64,000 nucleotides of DNA from Octopus vulgaris (taxonomy: Eukaryota): positions 116,002,001 to 116,066,000 of the forward strand of contig OX597817.1 of NCBI GenBank assembly GCA_951406725.2, in the 5' to 3' direction. The stretch's first letter is position 1. The number at the start of each line of letters is the position of its first letter. Below the pieces are notes generated by a model. It was given only the letters and a program-made list of their open reading frames with translations, ran no database searches and was not told where the DNA came from. The position numbers were made by a program, and so were the translations under genes. Below, piece by piece: positions 15,030 to 28,062 of this stretch.

Positions 15030-16146
15030 CTACCCATATATCCATATATATATATATATATATATATACAATGTACTGGTCGCCAGTTGATAGGTTGAGC
15101 AAAATGAAGAACTCAAAGCATTTCGTATGTATAATAACCTACCGTGCTCCGAGGTAGATATATTGCTTAGCACGATGTAAGCCTAGCCAAAACTATCTTC
15201 GTGTCGATAATATGAAACGCACATTATTTTTATGTCCTCTTTCAGGACAAATTGGTTTTGAACCGAAAATCAGAATTATCGAACTTTGGCGGACAGACTT
15301 CGAAATAATTCATTCGAGTGTCCTACCGAATGACTAATGACTTTTATAATTCCATTCTAAAGCAAATTATCACTGGTTTTATTACCAATACTTTATAGGA
15401 GTTGGATGTATTCTTTTGTGTCTTCGTTCCTTGAAACCTGTGCATTTAGCTCTTATACGAAAATTCTGTACATTTAAAAAATTTTTGCTTTTACTCATGC
15501 TTAGATGTTATGCTTAGAATCTTTGCTTTTTATTTATACTACAGTCCCCACTTGAACATTTTATTGAATTATTCGTTTTGCTCTTTTCACATTTTATATG
15601 CCCGCTTCAATTTTTCTGTTCACGTTTCGTTTTTTTTTTGTTGTTCTTTCCAGCATTGCACTCTAGTACCAAAACAGGGCTTCCTAGATTATTGCTCTAT
15701 ATAATGAGTATGAATACTTTCTCGTCGGTTCAACAAACTCGTGCTACATCACATGCAAATACGCGCGTGTGTATAGAAGAAGAGCTAGTAAAGTAGCTAA
15801 TGGTATGTTTAACGGCTTTGTTCCCATCTCATGTTATAGCATTATCTTTACCTTTCCAATTTCTCTTCTTTCTCTTTATCTTACACAAAATCACTTTCGC
15901 ATGCTTTTTTTAATATGACAAACTTATTAATAGTCTTTAAATTTAGTTTTCTTTAATTTCTGGAAAGGTTTTTTCGGAATATATCCTTTGCTGAGGTATT
16001 GTGTTTGATTCAACTTTTACACACACACACACACACGCTCACAGCTATGCACACACACACACACGCTCACAGCTATGCACACACACACACAACCACACAC
16101 ATACACAGAGGAGGGGGCTAGTCTTTTAAACATACTTTTGATGATA

Positions 16147-16481
16147 TAAAGGGTAAAGACCCCCTTCGGTCATGAATGACCATGGGATTGCACCTAGAAT
16201 GTTACCCTCCTAGACACAAGTCCGGGCAAGGTTGTTTATGGAAGGCTAGCAGTAGCCCATGCATACCAGCCTCCCCTCTCCACGCCACCAGTGTTATCCA
16301 AGGGAAAAGCAATGGCCGATACAGATTGGCACCTGTGACGTCGCAACTCATTTCTACAGCTGAGTGAACTGGAGCAACGTGAAATAAAGTGCCTTGCTCG
16401 AGAACACAACACGCAGCCCGGTCCGGGATTCGAGCTCACAACCTCACGATCGTAAGCTCGACACTCTAACCACTGAGCCAT
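16147..16481 (-). mobile_element. tRNA-derived SINE (family C), near full length
   Basis: Minus strand starts atggctcagtggttagagtg (A box) and gagctcgaatccc (B-box-like), followed by the CORE-like gtgttgtgttctcgagcaaggcacttt. Confidence 0.85.
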
Positions 16482-18819
16482 GATATACCTAGTAAATTAT
16501 CACTGAAATATTTATGTTTACATCCATTGTTTGTTAGAAAAGGTCACTTAAGTTAAATGATATGCTGCGTCAATCTTGCAGCAACGAAAAGTTTATAAAA
16601 CAGTTGCGTTTCAATACAGCGTTATAACTCTATAACTCTATTTTCTCCACCTTATTTTGGAACTATGTACTCATTATACGTATATACATACATATACATA
16701 TACAAAATATATTATATATAACGCATATGCACACACACACATATATATACATTTACATACATGCATATATATTTATATTTATATATACACACAAATATAT
16801 ATATATATATACACATATATATATTCATATATATATATGCAGTAAATATGTGTGTCTGTATGTATGTATACATATATAATAAGATATGTATTAATTGCTT
16901 ACAACGGAACACTTGGGAAAACTCACTATAAGATATTGCATATGATGTTTAAAGTGATATTTCGTAATCTTTGAAATATTTTATATGACGACAATTTGTA
17001 TAGATAGGCGTTAATTTCATTAGCCCAATCTAATGGCTGTGTAAAGATCAGCTTGTAGACATGTATTTAATTAAGATTCTGCCTTAATTACTGAGAAATT
17101 ATTGACACTTTGACTGATAGCAAGCCAAAGTTCATTCTACATTTAATGAATAAAAGACGGAGAAGGGATGGACGAATAGCTTAAATTGAATTTTGAATCC
17201 GGTGAACATCGGATTCAATATTTTAAAAAATGCTCTTGTATAGGAAATCTATTAGCTGAAATCACGAGATATTTCATAGTACTGACAGCATAAATGTGAT
17301 ATAAATTAATACTTGCTGCAATCGTTGAATAACCAGGAAGCGATTAATAGTTTTTCAACACAGAATTTGTTACATTTAAGTATTTAATTATTTAACAGAA
17401 GGTTAATGAAATACCCAGCAAATAGAATATACAGCTTGTGTATCGAAAATGATTACAATTTGGTTATTATTTACTCTGTATATACTAGAAGCATTGCTTG
17501 TCGCATGACACCAAAATGGATATGGAATTTAAACATACAGACATTGTTAGGGATACAATGTAATATTTCCTGCTGTACACTAAAGAAATTCTAGTGTTTT
17601 AACCTTGAGACAGTATATGCATTTTCAACAACTGAAAAAAAAACTTAATTTAAACGAAAACCGAATATCATATTAAATGGTAATGAAAGTCACTGCAGAA
17701 CACAAGTAGATCCACGAAGCTGGATTCTTGGTAGTTCAAGTTTCACTACGCATTCAACTCATTAGATTTGTCTTTAATTTTATGTCTAGCTTTGTTTTTA
17801 TAAATTTTCCTAATTGATTTTTACAGCTATTTCTTAGCCTCATTTACTTCTACTATAGGACACATCTAATATGTAATATGCTTTTGAAAATAGAAGCATT
17901 GACCAACATAGTCTGGCACCAGATTAAAGTTATAAAGCATTTTATTATCAACGTCTCCCTTTTTGAATTCGTTTATTCGTATTTCTTATTTTATTTCAAA
18001 TTTATCATAAATATGTAACCTATTTTACAGTAGACGATTCCGTAGATTAAACATCTTGAAGTGAATTATTGCTGATAAAATAAAAACAATATTCGTAGTT
18101 TGCTCTCAGTGTCAAATCAAATACATTTATTTCTTGCTGAATGAATATTATTGTTTTTAATCAATCATCGATTAGTATGCTGTTATAATAGTAGAAATAA
18201 TTAGTCTAAGATATCGGAAATAAGAGCTATTACCGAAACTTAGAACAGAGCATTTAACACAGAGGCTATTCCAGTAACCAACTAGATGAATGGCAAACTA
18301 GTAAAGTAGGGGTTTCAAAACATACATTATGTGATGCCTCGGGAAACTCTGGCATCAATTTTAACAGCTTTTATAATTAGCAGTTCTTACATATCTATAG
18401 TTCTTCTACAGAATATGCTTCCGGGTTACTCAACCACTGTGTTATGAAAGAACACTATAGACCTTGAAATTGACTGTGCGCGCGCACACATACATACGCA
18501 CATGTATACCCACACACATACATACAAACACAAACGCATGCTCGCATACAAACACACGCACACATGCATACACACTCACACACACACAATGTATGTGTCT
18601 GTGTATATGTACATAGTACAAAAGTGTACATCTATATCATTAGCACTCACCGTTAACTCGGTTTCAGAAAATTTACCGTATAAGGAGTGATACTTTTCAG
18701 GCCAGAATCGGAGACATAAATATATTGACAATAACAATACCTTGGCAAGCAGAATTATATCCAATCCACAAAGGAGAAATAGAGAATATATCTCTCTTCT
18801 GTGTTACAGTACAAAGAAA

Positions 18820-19217
18820 CTCTCTTTTGCTCTTTTACTTGTTTCAGTCATTTGACTGCGTCCATACTGGAGCACTGCCTCTAGTCGAGCAAATCGACCC
18901 CAGGACTTATTCTTTGTAAGCCTAGTGCTTATTCTATCATTCTCTTTTGCCGAACCGCTAAGTTACGGGGATGTAAACACACCAGCATCGGTTGTCAAGC
19001 AATGTTGGGGGGACAAACACAGACACAAACATATTCACACACATACATATATATACATATATACGACGGGCTTCTTTCAGTTTCCGTCTACCAAATCCAC
19101 TCAGAAGGCTATAGTAGAAGACACTTGCCCAAGGTGCCACGCAGTGGGACTGAACCCAGAACCATGTGGTTGATCAGCAAGTACTCCTGCGCCTATTCAC
19201 ACAGCCACTCCTGCGCG
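18820..19217 (-). mobile_element. tRNA-derived CORE-like SINE (family A)
   Basis: Reverse complement of the 56383-57097 family, including gggttcagtcccactgcgtggcaccttgggcaagtgtcttc and the tgactgaaacaagtaaaagag tail. Confidence 0.9.
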
Positions 19218-20139
19218 TACCGTTTATTTTGTATTCCTATATTGGTTATTCTATATTTCCTACATCGAGACGATTTTGAAATTGTACTTATGTATGAAAG
19301 GCACCTGCGATGTAAACCTATCCATTAGGCGCTTTTATACAATTTCTCGAAGAGCATTTATTTGGCAGCCTAAATGAAACCGATAATTCTTTTATTCGTG
19401 ATATATACTCATTTTCCAAATAGAAACTTTGATAATTTGTTCATTTTTATTTGAATGTTTTAGTAGATATTCACTGTAATTTTTCATCTTCTGATTTATT
19501 AATTTGCTTTACAATAATATCCTTTGGATAAGCGTTTAATTACATTTTGAAGTGATTGGATAACTATCATAATTTTGTTATTGGGTTATAAGGAAATAGT
19601 TTCGATTAAAAGACAATATAAGGAGACAATGTTCTTTTGAAATATTTGAAACACGCAAGCAAACTTCGAAGTACTGGAAAATTGACTAATTAATAAAATG
19701 ACTACATCAATATTGATCGCATTCTTTACCATTTCTGGACTATTCTGCCTCCAGATATATCTATTCATAATAAATGGCGCCTTTTTGAGAAGGAAATGTC
19801 ATATCAAGTAACCCCTGTAGTTCCTAGGAAACGAAGGAAAGGAAGGCCTACAACACGTATTTCTTTTGCACGCAATTCATTCATAAGTAAAGAGCAATGC
19901 TATATTCTGCTATATTTACTCACACATTAAATAACTAAAGGAAGATATTGACGTTAACTATTGTATTGTCTATTATATTAATATGAAGCACAGTTTATGT
20001 TCGAAACTGTATATTTCTTATCCATTTATAAGTGGTCGCATGACAAGTGCAGGCATGAAGCATCACTCAGTGATACAGTGCGGAGAAACGTAATCCTCAG
20101 TGTATCACGCGATAATTTACTGGATTATATACACTGATT

Positions 20140-20355
20140 TAATGGTTTCAAATTTTGGCACAACGCCAGCAATTTTGTAGGAGGGAGTAACTCGATTACA
20201 TAGACCTCAGTCAGTGTTCAACTGGTACTTATTTCATAGATCTCAAAAGGACATAAGACGCAGTCGATATTGGCAGAATTTGAACTCAGTTCGTAAAGAC
20301 AAAATGCTTAGCGGCATTTCGTCCGGCGTGCTAATGATCCTGCCAGCGCGCCGCC
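20140..20355 (-). mobile_element. tRNA-derived Meta-domain-like SINE (family B), degenerate
   Basis: Homologous to 40680-40890 and 56560-56788 (ggcg..cgctggcag...gagttcaaattc...aagtaccagt). Confidence 0.75.
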
Positions 20356-20357
20356 TT

Positions 20358-20561
20358 TTCTTTTACTTCTTTCAGTCATTTGACTGCGGCCCTTGCTAGA
20401 GCACCACCTCTACACGAAGGAATCGACGCCAGGACTTATTCTATTGGTGATTTTTTTCCCGAACCGATAATTGATGGTGACGTAAACACACCAAAATCGG
20501 TTGTTAAGCGAAGGTGGGAGGGCAAACACAGACAAATAACAAATACATACATACAGACATA

Positions 20562-20597
<36 letters not shown>

Positions 20598-20769
20598 TGT
20601 ATGTATGTTTGTATGTATATATATATACGATGGGGCTTCTTTCAGTTTCCGTCTACTAAATCCACTCACAAGACTTTGGTCAGCCTGAGGCTGTAGTAGA
20701 AGATACTTGCCCAAAGGGCCACGCAGAGGGACTGAACCTGGGACCAAGTGGTTGCAAAGCAAGCTTCTT
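20358..20769 (-). mobile_element. SINE family A; 5' head split off by an insertion and resumed at 22036-22062
   Basis: Family A homology; aagcaagcttctt is duplicated at 20757-20769 and 22036-22048. Confidence 0.85.
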
Positions 20770-22035
20770 TATTTCATAAATCGGCTATGGAAGCCGTATA
20801 TGGATGGGCCAAACAAGGACAGACAAGCTTAGACGGTGCACAAGCTGCGTATTATGAACAAAAAGTTTCGAATGATAAAATATAAATGTCATGCAGTTAA
20901 AAATTATATCTTTTTTCTTTTAAAAATTCAATATAAACTTGATGATCATTACAAGATTTGCAATGTGTGGCTGAAGGCATCCAAACGCCAGTTTCGAACC
21001 TTTACTTTTCCTTCTGGCCCCACTTACATGGTTCCAGTCACTCGCAGCTTGTTCACTACTTGTTTCCATCTTTTCGCGAACATATCCTGTGGCTGGTATT
21101 TCTTATCCAGCCTGATCTTGAAATCGAGGTGGTAACTGAAGAAGTTGACCAACCCCTGGCCGGATACGAAGGTACCAGTCAATGGTACCGATCACTGCGG
21201 GATCCTTCCTTCCACTCTAACTCTGAGTGTTTCTTCTCCGACCATGATGGTCTCGACCCTCTTCTTCTGAAACTTGTACCACCATATCGACATATCGAGG
21301 CTTTGTCCTTGTCAGTTCTTGTGGGGTGTCCTGGTGGCCTAGAGGATCACAACCTTCTTCTCCATGCCCAGCAGTATGTCAGCCACCAACCAGGCTACAT
21401 TCACTTCTGGGGGTATTTCCTATACCATAACCCTGGGAGCAAGTCTCCCAAGGTATACAGGTGGAAGCACCACTTCATCCGTTTTCAATGGTGTTGTCGA
21501 GTGAAGCCTGGTGGTAGCTACCTCTCGGACCTCACCTCCATTGTTCCAAGGACGTTCCTTGCCAGATTGGTTTAAGTGCCTTTTCAACTTGCGCCGTCGA
21601 CATGACATCAATTCTCTTGGCTGCTACAGAGTACGTCCTGTAAATAAGTGTTCTGTCTTGTTTCTCCTTTAAAACGTCTTTGAGAAGGAACACCTTCAAT
21701 TCGTTCCCCTGCCATTTAAGCATTTATTAAAATTCACTTAATTCTTCCAGACTCACGTCTTCACTTAGGTTCTTGTTTTGCCGCTACAGCATAATTTTTT
21801 GTTTCCATTTTCTCATCAATTCTTTTTAAACATTCTACCATCTTTTCCTCAGACGACACAAATTCCGAAATAGGAGAGTTTGCAAAGTCTGAATAATTAA
21901 AACCTTCACGGCCCCTCATCCGACGTCCCTCAATTAAACAAGAAGAAAAACGTCGCACCGCAAAGACAAGCAAAAATCATGTATCACGTGCGTTGCACTC
22001 AAAATCCATAATCCAGCTGACAAACTCTATACCAG
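20770..22035 (-). mobile_element. Non-autonomous LINE derivative carrying only a decayed ORF1/gag-like region (possibly L1/Tx1-like), with a 13-bp TSD
   Basis: Perfect 13-bp flanking direct repeat. Broken minus-strand frames (21761-21973, 21532-21723, 21420-21611, then RVRVEGRIPQ before a possible decayed zinc knuckle). No RT sequence seen. The clade is a guess. Confidence 0.55.
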
Positions 22036-22777
22036 AAGCAAGCTTCTTACAACACATCCACTATTGCACCTTATTGGCTGATTTAATAATTCTTTTTACA
22101 AAAGGAACAAGGCTTGAAAGTTTGTGGTGGATGGTAGTCGATTATATCAGTACGCAACTGGTATTTATTTCATCGACTACGAAACCTCGCCGCCTTATAG
22201 GCTGATGTAACAATGTCTACAAATGAGACAGATGTGGGTATTCTGTCTGTCTTATGTTCGTTGCTATATCTTGGATTCTATTCTCTCAGTCATGAATTGT
22301 GAGTTGTTATTGTAAGCAGAAGTATTTATGCAATAGAACTTCTGAATATCTTTTAAATTTGAATGTTGAGTGTATGGAACACTGCTTCCGACAGTATAAA
22401 TATGTGTTGCCAAACAAGAGTCATCATAAATTAAAACGTACTAGAATCAAAACATTTTATCAACGACTACTGTTTGTGATTTTTTTTTTGTTTCCTCTCT
22501 AATACTTTCACCCCATGAATTGTAGTAAAAGTAAATGAACGGACACAACCTTGTCTGTTTCAGAGTTATAAGCGTAAAATATAATTCAGTCTCTTTACGT
22601 TTTGAATTTATTTTCTGCCAGATCAATTTCGTTTTTCATGCTTTGAAGCTTAAGAAAAAATAATGTATCAGTCATGTGCCAATATAATCGTAACCGACTT
22701 GCTGCCTATTGATTGCTGGCCTTGCACAAAAATTACACCAAGAATTATTATTAATATCAGTGTTATTTTCTTACAAA

Positions 22778-22960
22778 GCGGCCAGCTTGCAGCACGCCGG
22801 ACATAAAGTCTTAGCGTCAATTTTCTACGTTCTGGGTTCAAATTAAATTGCTGTCGGTTTTGCTGTCCATCCTTTCGAGGTCCTTGATATAAGTAACTGT
22901 TTAGCACTGGGATCGATATAATCAACAAACCACAATCCAAATGTTTTATAACTTGGACTT
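22778..22960 (+). mobile_element. SINE family B, degenerate
   Basis: gcggccagc...acgttctgggttcaaatt...catcctttcgagg...gcactgggatcgat. Confidence 0.7.
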
Positions 22961-23355
22961 AATATTGTTATAGCTTTCATCAGAATTATTGATATTCTGT
23001 TATCTACTGTGTATTATTATTTCAAACCCCACTTTCATTATTGCTACATTTACTGTTGTTCTTAATTGAAAAGCGAATATGCTCTCACTCCGTACATGCA
23101 AAGCTTATGTGTGACATCGCTTTTCAGAGTAAGAGATCATTAGATGAGTTTAAATACACGCCCACCATATATCTATCTGTATGTATGTCTTTACACATTC
23201 ACACACGAAACACGCACGTACTATATATATATATTTTATATAGTGGATAAAAAGTATTTATTTGTGGATTAAGGCTAGCATTTATTTTACATTAAGGAAT
23301 CCTGTAACAATTATCAAGCCTGTCACATGGAGCATCGGTTTTCGCCACCATACAT

Positions 23356-23419
<64 letters not shown>

Positions 23420-23423
<4 letters not shown>

Positions 23424-23595
23424 CCGCCATTACTTTACAACTGATACTGGTGTGTTTATGTACCCGTAACTTAGCTGTTCTGCAAAAGTGCTCGATAGAA
23501 TAAGTACTAGGCTTACAACGAATGAGTGCTGGGGTCGATTTCTTCAACTAAAACCTTTGAGGCATGGCCGCAGTCAAATGACAGAAGCACGTAAA
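23420..23595 (+). mobile_element. SINE family A, 3' half
   Basis: ctggtgtgtttat..ccgtaacttagc...gatagaataagtactaggcttac...gcatggccgcagtcaaatgac. Confidence 0.85.
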
Positions 23596-23889
23596 AAAAT
23601 TATATATGTACACACACAAGCACACACAAGACAAAAGAACACGCGCGCATGTTCTTCCTTTAAAACGCGTATGCATTCATGCTTTTATATAAATGCAAGA
23701 ATATTTATACTTACACACATACACTCACACCCACACATGCGTAAAAGAACAATCGCTGACACAAGCGTCCGAAGTAGGTGTTAACGTTCATATATTTCTA
23801 TGTACACCAAGCATACATAGATATACACATCCACTCATACAACGAATAACACAGACAACCACATACTAATCCATCTGGTATAAATATGT

Positions 23890-25273
23890 ATATGTATATG
23901 AACACGCTACACTGAAATTTGGAGACAGCTTCCAAAAATACTTACTCACCAATTGGAAACGCTGCCTGGGTGGATGTTTCATTTTGTGGCCACATGACCT
24001 TGAACAACTTTCAAAATTTAAAAATTTAATCAACAGCATTAATCGCAATAACTATTTCACAATGGAATACAACCACAAACAATTACCCTTCCTGGACATC
24101 TTAATCAGAATAAGAGATACGGAATTTGAAACCGACATCTTCAAACCAACGGACTCAAAACAATATCTTCTATTCACGTCCTGCCACCCAAAACATGCTA
24201 AAATAAATATACCCTTGAACTTAGCAAGAAGAATTTGCATGATTATATCAAATCTCGAAACCCGAGAAAAGTGACTCCAGATACTTGAAAACACATTACA
24301 AAATAGAAAATACCCGGCCAGTCTAATCGAAAATGGAATACACATCCAAGACTTACAGAAAAGAAGACAACACTATGACAAACTTAAAACTTTATCTTAC
24401 GTATCAACACACAATCCGAGGAACATGGAGATATACAACGTCGTCCACCAAAACATACCCCTCATTATGAAGGACCTGCGAAGCAAGAGACAACCGCAAT
24501 CCCCCAAAAAGTTACTCACTAGTGCTAAATTACCCACCCAATAATACAACCCCACTAACCAAAAGTTCAACCGCCCTAACTGTGGAACTTGCATCTTCCT
24601 CTTAGAGGGTTCAAAATACAAATTTAAGTCAGGTGAAACATTTACCATAAAAAATCACTTCACCTGTGCTTCGAAGAACTTAATCTATGCTTTCGAATGT
24701 AGTGGGTATGTGGAGACTACATAGGTTAAACTGGTTTAGCCTTGAGGGACAGACTAACGATGCACAGGCAACAAATCCGGGACCTCACGACTAGGAAAAT
24801 TCCCGTAAGCAAACATCTAGACCAATGCTCCGTTAATATAAACCCGAAATAACAAAATCATCCCTCTCTATCAATGCACTGGAAACACTTCAACCCAATT
24901 CCGTTTAAATAAAGAAAGCATACTCATTAAAAAATATAAACCGCAGCTAAATATCCTTTAGAAAGAAGAAAAATCACAGAAGAAAAAACGGGAAAAAATA
25001 CAAAATTTTTCCACACAAAAAAACAATCAGAAAAGCAAACAATTTAAAAATCTTTAGTAACATTCTTCTACCGGTGGCTCGAAACCACAACTTCAAATCA
25101 CCACACAATAACACCATACAAGCACCAGTTGCCGACGTCACCTATCTCTAGACCAATCAAAACCGAAATTCAGCAAATACTACAAAATGACCCTTTAGGA
25201 GAATCAACCAGACGGCTGAAGTGCTAGCTACCTAAGTTCATCTAGACCTTATAGTAGCACACAAACATATACT

Positions 25274-25290
<17 letters not shown>
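23890..25290 (+). mobile_element. Penelope-like element remnant: 5'-truncated RT thumb, GIY-YIG endonuclease and 3' UTR (pseudogenised)
   Basis: FTMEYNHKQLPFLDILI...KPTDSKQYLLFTSCHPKH (PLE RT C-terminus); CGTC...FTCASKNLIYAFEC...YIG*TG...RLTMHRQQIR...VSKHL (GIY-YIG with Zn-binding residues); stops and frameshifts present. Confidence 0.9.
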
Positions 25291-25325
<35 letters not shown>

Positions 25326-25547
25326 ATCAATATAGGGTGGCAAGGAAAATTTTGTAGAATTTTTTTGCCACCAGCGGCCCAGTGGGAAAAAATTAAATAG
25401 TCATAGACCATTTTTAAGTTCAACATTAACAATTAAGGAACGGCCATAATAGGCCATTCACCCACTAGAAATAACAGCCAAAGCTTCTACCGCAAATAAA
25501 GATCAATTCCGTAAACAGGAGAAAATTAAAAAAACATTTACCCTGTA

Positions 25548-25654
25548 ATTTCTTGTACGGTATACCGTTTCATCTGCTGTTTAATGGTAAACTAACCTGA
25601 TTAAATTAAATCAAGCCAATCTTCCATAAGCCCTCAGATTCTTCAGCAAGAAAT
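25548..25654 (-). ncRNA. Type I hammerhead ribozyme (inverted copy of 26261-26365)
   Basis: Plus strand reads atttcttgtacggtataccgtttcatctg...cagattcttcagcaagaaat; the core and stems are intact. Confidence 0.85.
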
Positions 25655-26260
25655 AGCTCAAGTCGGAACAGATATTTACACGAGGCATACCCAATCCTGC
25701 CAAGGCAATATCTGACCTAAAATTTTCAAATCGTCGCACTCGCGCCAAATTTATCGGCAGCAAATAAATCGTCGATTCCATTACGGAATTAACCAAAAAA
25801 TTCATAATTAATCAATATAGGGTGGCAAGGAAAATTTTGTAGAATTTTTTGCCACCAGCGGCCAGTGGGAAAAAATTAAATAGTCATAGACCATTTTTAA
25901 GTTCAACATTAACAATTAAGGAACGGCCATAATAGGCCATTCACCCACTATTTCTATTTCTATTTCTAGTGGGTGAATGGCCTATTATGGCCGTTCCTTA
26001 ATTGTTAATGTTGAACTTAAAAATGGTCTATGACTATTTAATTTTTTCCCACTGGGCCGCTGGTGGCAAAAAAATTCTACAAAATTTTCCTTGCCACCCT
26101 ATATTGATTAATTATGAATTTTTGGTTAATTCCGTAATGGAATCGACGATTTATTTGCTGCCGATAAATTTGGCGCGATGACGATTTGAAAATTTTAGGT
26201 CAGATATTGCCTTGGCAGGATTGGGTATGCCTCGTGTAAATATCTGTTCCGACTTGAGCT

Positions 26261-26365
26261 ATTTCTTGCTGAAGAATCTGAGGCTTATGGAAGATTGGCT
26301 TGATTTAATTTAATCAGGTTATTTACCATTAAACAGCAGATGAAACGGTATACCGTACAAGAAAT
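26261..26365 (+). ncRNA. Type I hammerhead ribozyme
   Basis: Stem I atttcttg(26261-68)/caagaaat(26358-65); core ctgaaga(26269-75); stem II atctg/cagat with a long loop; gaaa(26342-45); palindromic stem III cggtataccg; GUA triplet, predicted cleavage after 26357. Confidence 0.85.
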
Positions 26366-26485
26366 TACAGGGTAAATGTTTTTTTAATTTTCTCCTGTTT
26401 ACGGAATTGATCTTTATTTGCAGGTAGAAAGCTTTGGCTGTTATTTCTAGTGGGTGAATGGCCTATTATGGCCGTTCCTTAATTG

Positions 26486-26583
<98 letters not shown>

Positions 26584-26633
26584 CAAATACATAAGACGGA
26601 CTTCTTTCAGTTTCATGCACTGCTCTCTCACTC

Positions 26634-26670
<37 letters not shown>

Positions 26671-27193
26671 TATGCGTGTAAATATATATTGATAAAATAT
26701 AAAATAAACAAAGAATTTTTGATATAAAAAATTAATACAGATATGAATAATTATAGACATAAATAGATACATGTATATTTATATATCTCTATCTGCATAC
26801 ATATGTATACACGTACACAATTGAAAATAGCCACATACACACCCATACATGCACTAATATATATGCATAAACATTGGTATATACCTTTGTTTCTGTGTGT
26901 GAGTGTATAGGTATATACATTTGTTTCTGTGTGTGTGTGAAGCAATCTCGAGTATAATCAGCCGTAATTGCGAAGATAACCTGGTACTCGACTGAGGAAA
27001 CAAAACTTCGAATGACCTCTCCTTGTTTTCTCTATATCGTCTATCTGGATGTTTTGTTGTCCATTCTTTTATCACCTAAGAGTCCGGACGTATCATCTAA
27101 CTGTCTGGGTTCAGTCCCATCGCGTGGCACCTTGGGAAAATGTCTATTATTTTATCCTCGGGATTTAGTAGGTGGAAACTGTAAGACGCCCGT

Positions 27194-27249
<56 letters not shown>

Positions 27250-27289
27250 CATACATGTATATGTTTGTGTGTCTGTGTTTGTCTACATA

Positions 27290-27572
27290 AAATCTTTAGT
27301 CATCTCTCAAGTCACGACAAGGACCTCAGGCCGATAATACATTCTTTACAATGTCACTGTGCTCAATAAGACTGCTTTTTGCAAGACATCAGTTTTGCAT
27401 GGATTTCCAGTTGCCTTAAGAAGTCTTGGCATTTCAATGGGATTGAGCCCAACGCTCCGATGACCAGTGGTATAACTTCTACATTACCGTCTCGCATTCC
27501 ATACAGTCTTGCTATTTCCACTTTCAGTTTGGAGTACTTGGTGATTTTGTCAACCTCTTTACTTGTAACATT
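27290..27572 (-). mobile_element. R4/Dong-type LINE 3' fragment (RLE C-terminus)
   Basis: KEVDKITKYSKLKVEIARLY...VIPLVIGALGSIP, homologous to 33215-33451. Confidence 0.85.
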
Positions 27573-27575
27573 ATT

Positions 27576-27634
<59 letters not shown>

Positions 27635-27663
27635 TATTATTATTATCATTATAATTATTATTA

Positions 27664-27751
<88 letters not shown>

Positions 27752-27772
27752 CATTATTATTATTATTATTAT

Positions 27773-28062
27773 TGAGTGAGAGATCAGTGCATGCCATCAA
27801 AGTGACACTGGGGTAAAATATACGAAACCCAGTATACCCGTCATGACTATCCGTCTAAGTGTCCACCAGGGAGTGCATCTTATGTGCATGACATGGTGAT
27901 TTCATATCAAGACAAACCGCGCATAACATTGCAGGTGGGGCCCATTTACAATTTTCTTGAGGTCGAATAGCACATCCAGCTGAAAAGGTCTCCAAATAAG
28001 GGTGTTTGAAGGATGAGGAACAAAACTCCCGTGTTTCCAAAGGTGAAATATCCAAACCCCAA
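27773..28062 (-). mobile_element. 5'-truncated copy of the (TAA)n-embedded non-coding element
   Basis: Reverse complement of about 34090-34386 (gagtgagagatcagtgcatgccatcaaagtgacactgg); abuts (ATT)n. Confidence 0.85.

Larger units (their letters stand above)
25323..26490. mobile_element. Non-coding hammerhead-bearing element: about 481-485-bp unit in partial tandem, present as two inverted arms, embedded in (TA)n
   Basis: The sequence starting at 25323 recurs at 25808, and that at 25961 recurs at 26442. 25425-25950 is the reverse complement of 25967-26490. (TA)n lies on both sides. Confidence 0.85.

Noticed and set aside
16400-16481. tRNA-like sequence on the minus strand
   Set aside because: Continuous with a SINE body, so it is a SINE head rather than a tRNA gene.
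20958-21575. 205-aa plus-strand ORF
   Set aside because: Appears to be the antisense shadow of the minus-strand ORF1-like remnant; no motif.
25181-25223. Hammerhead-shaped segment in the PLE 3' UTR (tac-aaaatga-cc..gg-a-gaat-caacc..ggctg-aa-gtg)
   Set aside because: The spacing fits, but at least five core positions deviate; not supportable without a family consensus.
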